DNA of 64,000 nt from Chiloscyllium plagiosum (lineage: Eukaryota). The notes below the pieces were generated by a model. It saw nothing but the letters and a program-made list of their open reading frames with translations, ran no database searches and was not told the DNA's origin. Both the position numbers and the translations under genes were made by a program. The DNA lies in assembly GCF_004010195.1 (NCBI RefSeq), contig NC_057752.1:1474704-1538703 (forward strand), written 5' to 3'. Shown one piece after another: positions 60,446-64,000 of this stretch (the first letter of the stretch is position 1; each line of letters opens with the position of its first letter).

Positions 60446-61687
60446 TATTCAGTCCCTTGGGCCTGTTCTACCATGGTGCGTTAGCAAGCCTATGCTGTCA
60501 CCTAGAAGATGGATAATGTTCCATGGGAGAGGAGTTCTGTTGGTGTGAGAAATCTCGAGATCAGTGTGTTTCTCAGAAGCAAGCAACATAAAACACATCA
60601 TTAGGTTTCTGTATTCACTAATAGCTCATCATGTCTGTTGGCCATTTGAAAAAGACAGCTGGCAGTTCCTTTCGGAAGCTCGCCCAAGCGGTCCCCAGGA
60701 ACGTCTTGTTTCTTCGAGGGCTGTGGGAAAATATCTGTGTGGGCGTGGGGCTGTTCGATCCGAAGAAAGCACATTACGAACCGCTCCAGTGTAAGCACTG
60801 AGTACTGCTGCGTGGATTAATGGCTGAAGGAAAGCAGACATTTGTCTCCGCTGGTGGTGCAAAACGGATTCAATCACGAATAGTAGGGAAATCAATAAGG
60901 GAACATGAATATTCATAAATACTGTAATGAGCACACACCCAGAGTCGAGAGTATGCATCTGCTCTCGAACACTCCCCGTCTCCGCTTGCTCGCTGTTACG
61001 GGAGGTAATCATTACCAAAGGGAGACCCTGGAGGGAGATATTCAAGGACACTCCCCACACCCACTGGAAAGTGGTTTCGAGCGAAGCAGGGGCGATAGCA
61101 GGGTTGCACAGTGCATGAACACGGGCCAGCCGCTCTCCAGCTCAAACCACTGGGAGCCCCTACCGTTAATACACTGGCGAATGAATGGGACAGCCCTGAC
61201 CTTTTTTGGTAATAGCGCGCTCATTGCGATTGCTGGTGGCCGGGCAGAGTTATTTGAAGATTGCATGGCTTATTTATTTTTGACTGAGCCCAGGAACACG
61301 TGTCACTCACGTTATTAACTCCCATTAGGAAATACTGCAAAAAATATCCCCGGGACAGTTAGACTGCGTCCAATTATATATCATTTAAGAATGCAGGGTG
61401 TGCATTGTGAATCATTCCTTCAGCGATAAACGTTTCCTTATTTACTCCCTTTTTCCATCTTATTTCATTTCAGTTGACGAATTTTTATTTCCGCTGCTTT
61501 TTTTTTGCTGTCTTTTTACAAATATATCCTCCCCCCCTCCCTTTCCACATTTCGCCTTCCCAAAGGTGCGGCTTTTGCTGCAGTTACAGTTCGGAATGCT
61601 AGAGAAACTCAGCAGGTCTGGCATCATCTGTGGAGAGAGACAGAATTAGCGTTTTGAGTCCTGTAGCCCTGCCTCAGCAAGGTGGCT

Positions 61688-62247
61688 GCTTATACACATA
61701 ATGGTAAGGTCCTAGGGAGTGTTGCTGAACAAAGAGACCTTGGAGTGCAGGTTCATAGTTCCTTGAAAGTGGAGTCACAGGTAGATAGGATAGTGAAGAA
61801 GGCGTTTGGTATGTTTTCCTTTACTGGTCAGATCAGAATATTGAGTACATGAGTTGGGAGGTCATGTTGCGGCTGTACAGGACATTGGTTAGGCCACTGT
61901 TGGAATATTGTGTGCAATTCTGGTCTCCTTCTTATGGGTGGGGGAGTCCAGAACTAGAGGGCATAGGTTTAGCGTGAGAGGGGAAAGATATAAAAGAGAC
62001 CTCAGGGGCAACGTTTTCACACAGAGAGTGGTACGTGTATGGAATGAGCTGCCAGAGGAAGTGGTGGAGGCTGGTACAGTTGCAACATTTTAAGAGGCAT
62101 TTGGATGGGTATATGAATAGTAAGGGTTTGGAGGGATACGGGCCGGGTGCTGACAGGTGGGACTAGATTGGGTTGGGATATCTGATCAGCATGGACAGGT
62201 TGGACCGAAGGGTCTGTTTCAATGCTGTACATCTCTATGACTCTATG
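61688..62247 (+). mobile_element. CR1 3' part with internal deletion
   Basis: Jumps from ttctggtctccttctt to gggtgggggagtccagaac; CR1 tail ctctatgactctatg. Confidence 0.9.
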
Positions 62248-62739
62248 GCTCAGTGGTTAGCACTGCTGCCTCACAGCGCCAGGGCCTCAGGCTGTCTGTG
62301 TGGGGTTTGCACATAACCCCCCCACCCCCCACCCGTGTCTGCGTGGGTTTCCTCCCACAGTCCAAAGATGTGCAGGTGAGGGTGGATTGGGCACGCTAAA
62401 CTGCCCAGAGGGTTGGGTGCATTCATCAGGGTAGGGGAATGGGGCTGGGTGGATTACTCCTCAGAGGATTGGTATGGACCTTGTGGGCCTGTTTCCACAC
62501 TGTGGTCCAGAGTGTGGTGCTGGAAAAGCACAGCCAGTCAGGCAGCATTCGAGGAGCAGGAGAACCAATGTTTGGGCAAAAGCCCTTCATGTGATGAAGG
62601 GCTTTTGACCGAAACGTCAACTCTCCTGCTCCTCGGATGCTGCCTGACCTGCTGTGCTTTTCCAGCACCACACTCTCGACTCTAATCTCCAGCATCTGCG
62701 GTCCTCACTGTTTCCACACTGTAGGTAATCTAATCTAAT
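62247..62739 (+). mobile_element. HE1 SINE interrupted by a fold-back PLE fragment (62504-62707) with a 15-bp duplication
   Basis: ctgtttccacactgt at 62489-62503 and 62708-62722. Confidence 0.85.
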
Positions 62740-62921
62740 ATTTAACCCTGGTTGAGGAGGTGGTGTTGGGTGAGAGGAGAGATGGAGATGGAGCCCAGAG
62801 AGAGGCAGAAAAGGAGCTGGCAGACAAAGGGATTGTAGATAGTAGGTCAGGAAAGAAAAATAACTTAGGTGGAAATGGGGACTGTGAGTGGGTGAAAATG
62901 GGTTGGCTGTGCTAAAAGCAA

Positions 62922-63204
62922 AAGGTTTTGTGATTTACACATGAAAGAAGTGAAACTATCACTGTATTCTAACAGATGAAAGGCTTAACAGACAATCAAT
63001 TTTTCAATGTATAATTTCAGTTACATCACACTGCAAATTTTTGCTATAAATCCTGTGTTACAATTGAGCCCTCCACTATCACCTGATGAAGGAGCATCGC
63101 TCCGAAAGCTAGTGCGCTTCCAATTAAACCTGTTGGACTATAACCTGGTGTTGTGTGATTTTAAACTTTGTACACTCCAGTCCAACACTGGCATCTCCAA
63201 ATCA
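62922..63204 (+). mobile_element. Penelope-like terminal repeat insertion with 9-bp duplication, inside an older minus-strand PLE remnant
   Basis: taaaagcaa at 62913-62921 and 63205-63213. Confidence 0.85.
63080..63114 (+). ncRNA. Minimal type I hammerhead ribozyme motif (PLE-associated)
   Basis: CAC-CUGAUGA-A-GGAGC-AUC-GCUCC-GAA-AGCU-A-GUG: stem I CAC/GUG, stem II GGAGC/GCUCC, palindromic AGCU stem III; predicted cleavage after 63111. Confidence 0.75.
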
Positions 63205-63369
63205 TAAAAGCAACTCATGGCACTGACAGGGCCTGGGGCTATAGGGTAGGTAATAGACACGGAAGGGGTTAGTCAGTCTCAAATGGTTAAACTTGCTGTC
63301 AAGTCCTGAAGGCTGGAAGGTGCCCCAATAGTCCCTGTCATCACCAATCTAATTTGTCGTCTTCCTTGG

Positions 63370-63700
63370 CTTATGGTCAACAATCCCTTTGTGTGCTGAG
63401 CCCTTTTTTCTCTTTCTGTGGGCTCTGTCTCCACCTATCCGTTCACTCCCGCCCCTTCCACAGCCCCCATCATCAGCATCAATATGACCTTTTCACAGCT
63501 GCTTCTAGTTCTGGACTCGACTGGACCTGAAACAATGACTCTCCCCCCCCTGCCCTCCAGTCCCCATCATCAGCATTAATACGCCCTTTTCACAGCTGCT
63601 TCTAGTTCTGGACCTTTTCTCTCTCTGCTGAGCTTCTTCAGCAATTTCTGGTTTTGCTCCTTTCAGATTTCCAGCATCCCTCAGTTCTTTGTTTTATTCT
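63370..63700 (+). mobile_element. Penelope-like terminal fragment with a ~50-bp internal direct duplication
   Basis: ccccatcatcagcat...cttttcacagctgcttctagttctggac at ~63465-63515 and 63563-63613. Confidence 0.6.
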
Positions 63701-64000
63701 GCGTCAGCAGGACCTCTGCCCAAGCTGCTGTCTTTCTTAAACAAGCCAAAGTCAGGGAGTATTGCCAGGCTATTCGGCCATGGGGGTAGCACAGCCCAAA
63801 CCTCTCCCTCCCTCACATTCATGATTTACATGTATTATTTAACCCCTGCTGTTTTCTCCTCCACCTCCTTCCTTGGCCTTTAGACACTGAGACAAATCCA
63901 TGTCCGCATTTCCCCTTTCCCTGCTGTTGGTTAACCCCCCGGACCCACCCCCAGCCCTTTCAAATAATCGCACTCCCTTTGTTTTGGCATTTCTTTCAGC

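Overview
Eukaryotic genomic DNA, almost certainly from an elasmobranch (shark), inferred from HE1/V-type SINEs with (ATCTA)n tails, SacSINE1-like DeuSINEs, abundant CR1 LINEs and Penelope-like elements (PLEs). Two host genes are visible, each by its first coding exon, arranged head-to-head: BLOC1S1 (minus, ATG 9580) and ITGA7 (plus, ATG 56285), the same neighbours as in human. Most of the rest is decayed, often nested, transposable-element sequence, and almost all listed ORFs are TE remnants or noise. The most unusual structure is at 10.5-16 kb: three head-to-tail, polyA-ended 1.5-1.9 kb non-coding units sit at the TATA box of a solo LTR, and each begins with a diverged copy of the LTR sequence it interrupts (candidate LTR-targeting retroposon). 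Other highlights: minimal hammerhead ribozymes in three PLE families, a CR1-Zenon-like LINE with a tRNA-like head and no ORF1 plus a matching SINE, a perfect 73-bp inverted templated insertion, several micro-inversions, and a possible N-terminal extension of BLOC1S1. TE family names come from recognising motifs by eye, not from database searches. TE boundaries are approximate (about +/-20 bp) unless junctions are quoted.
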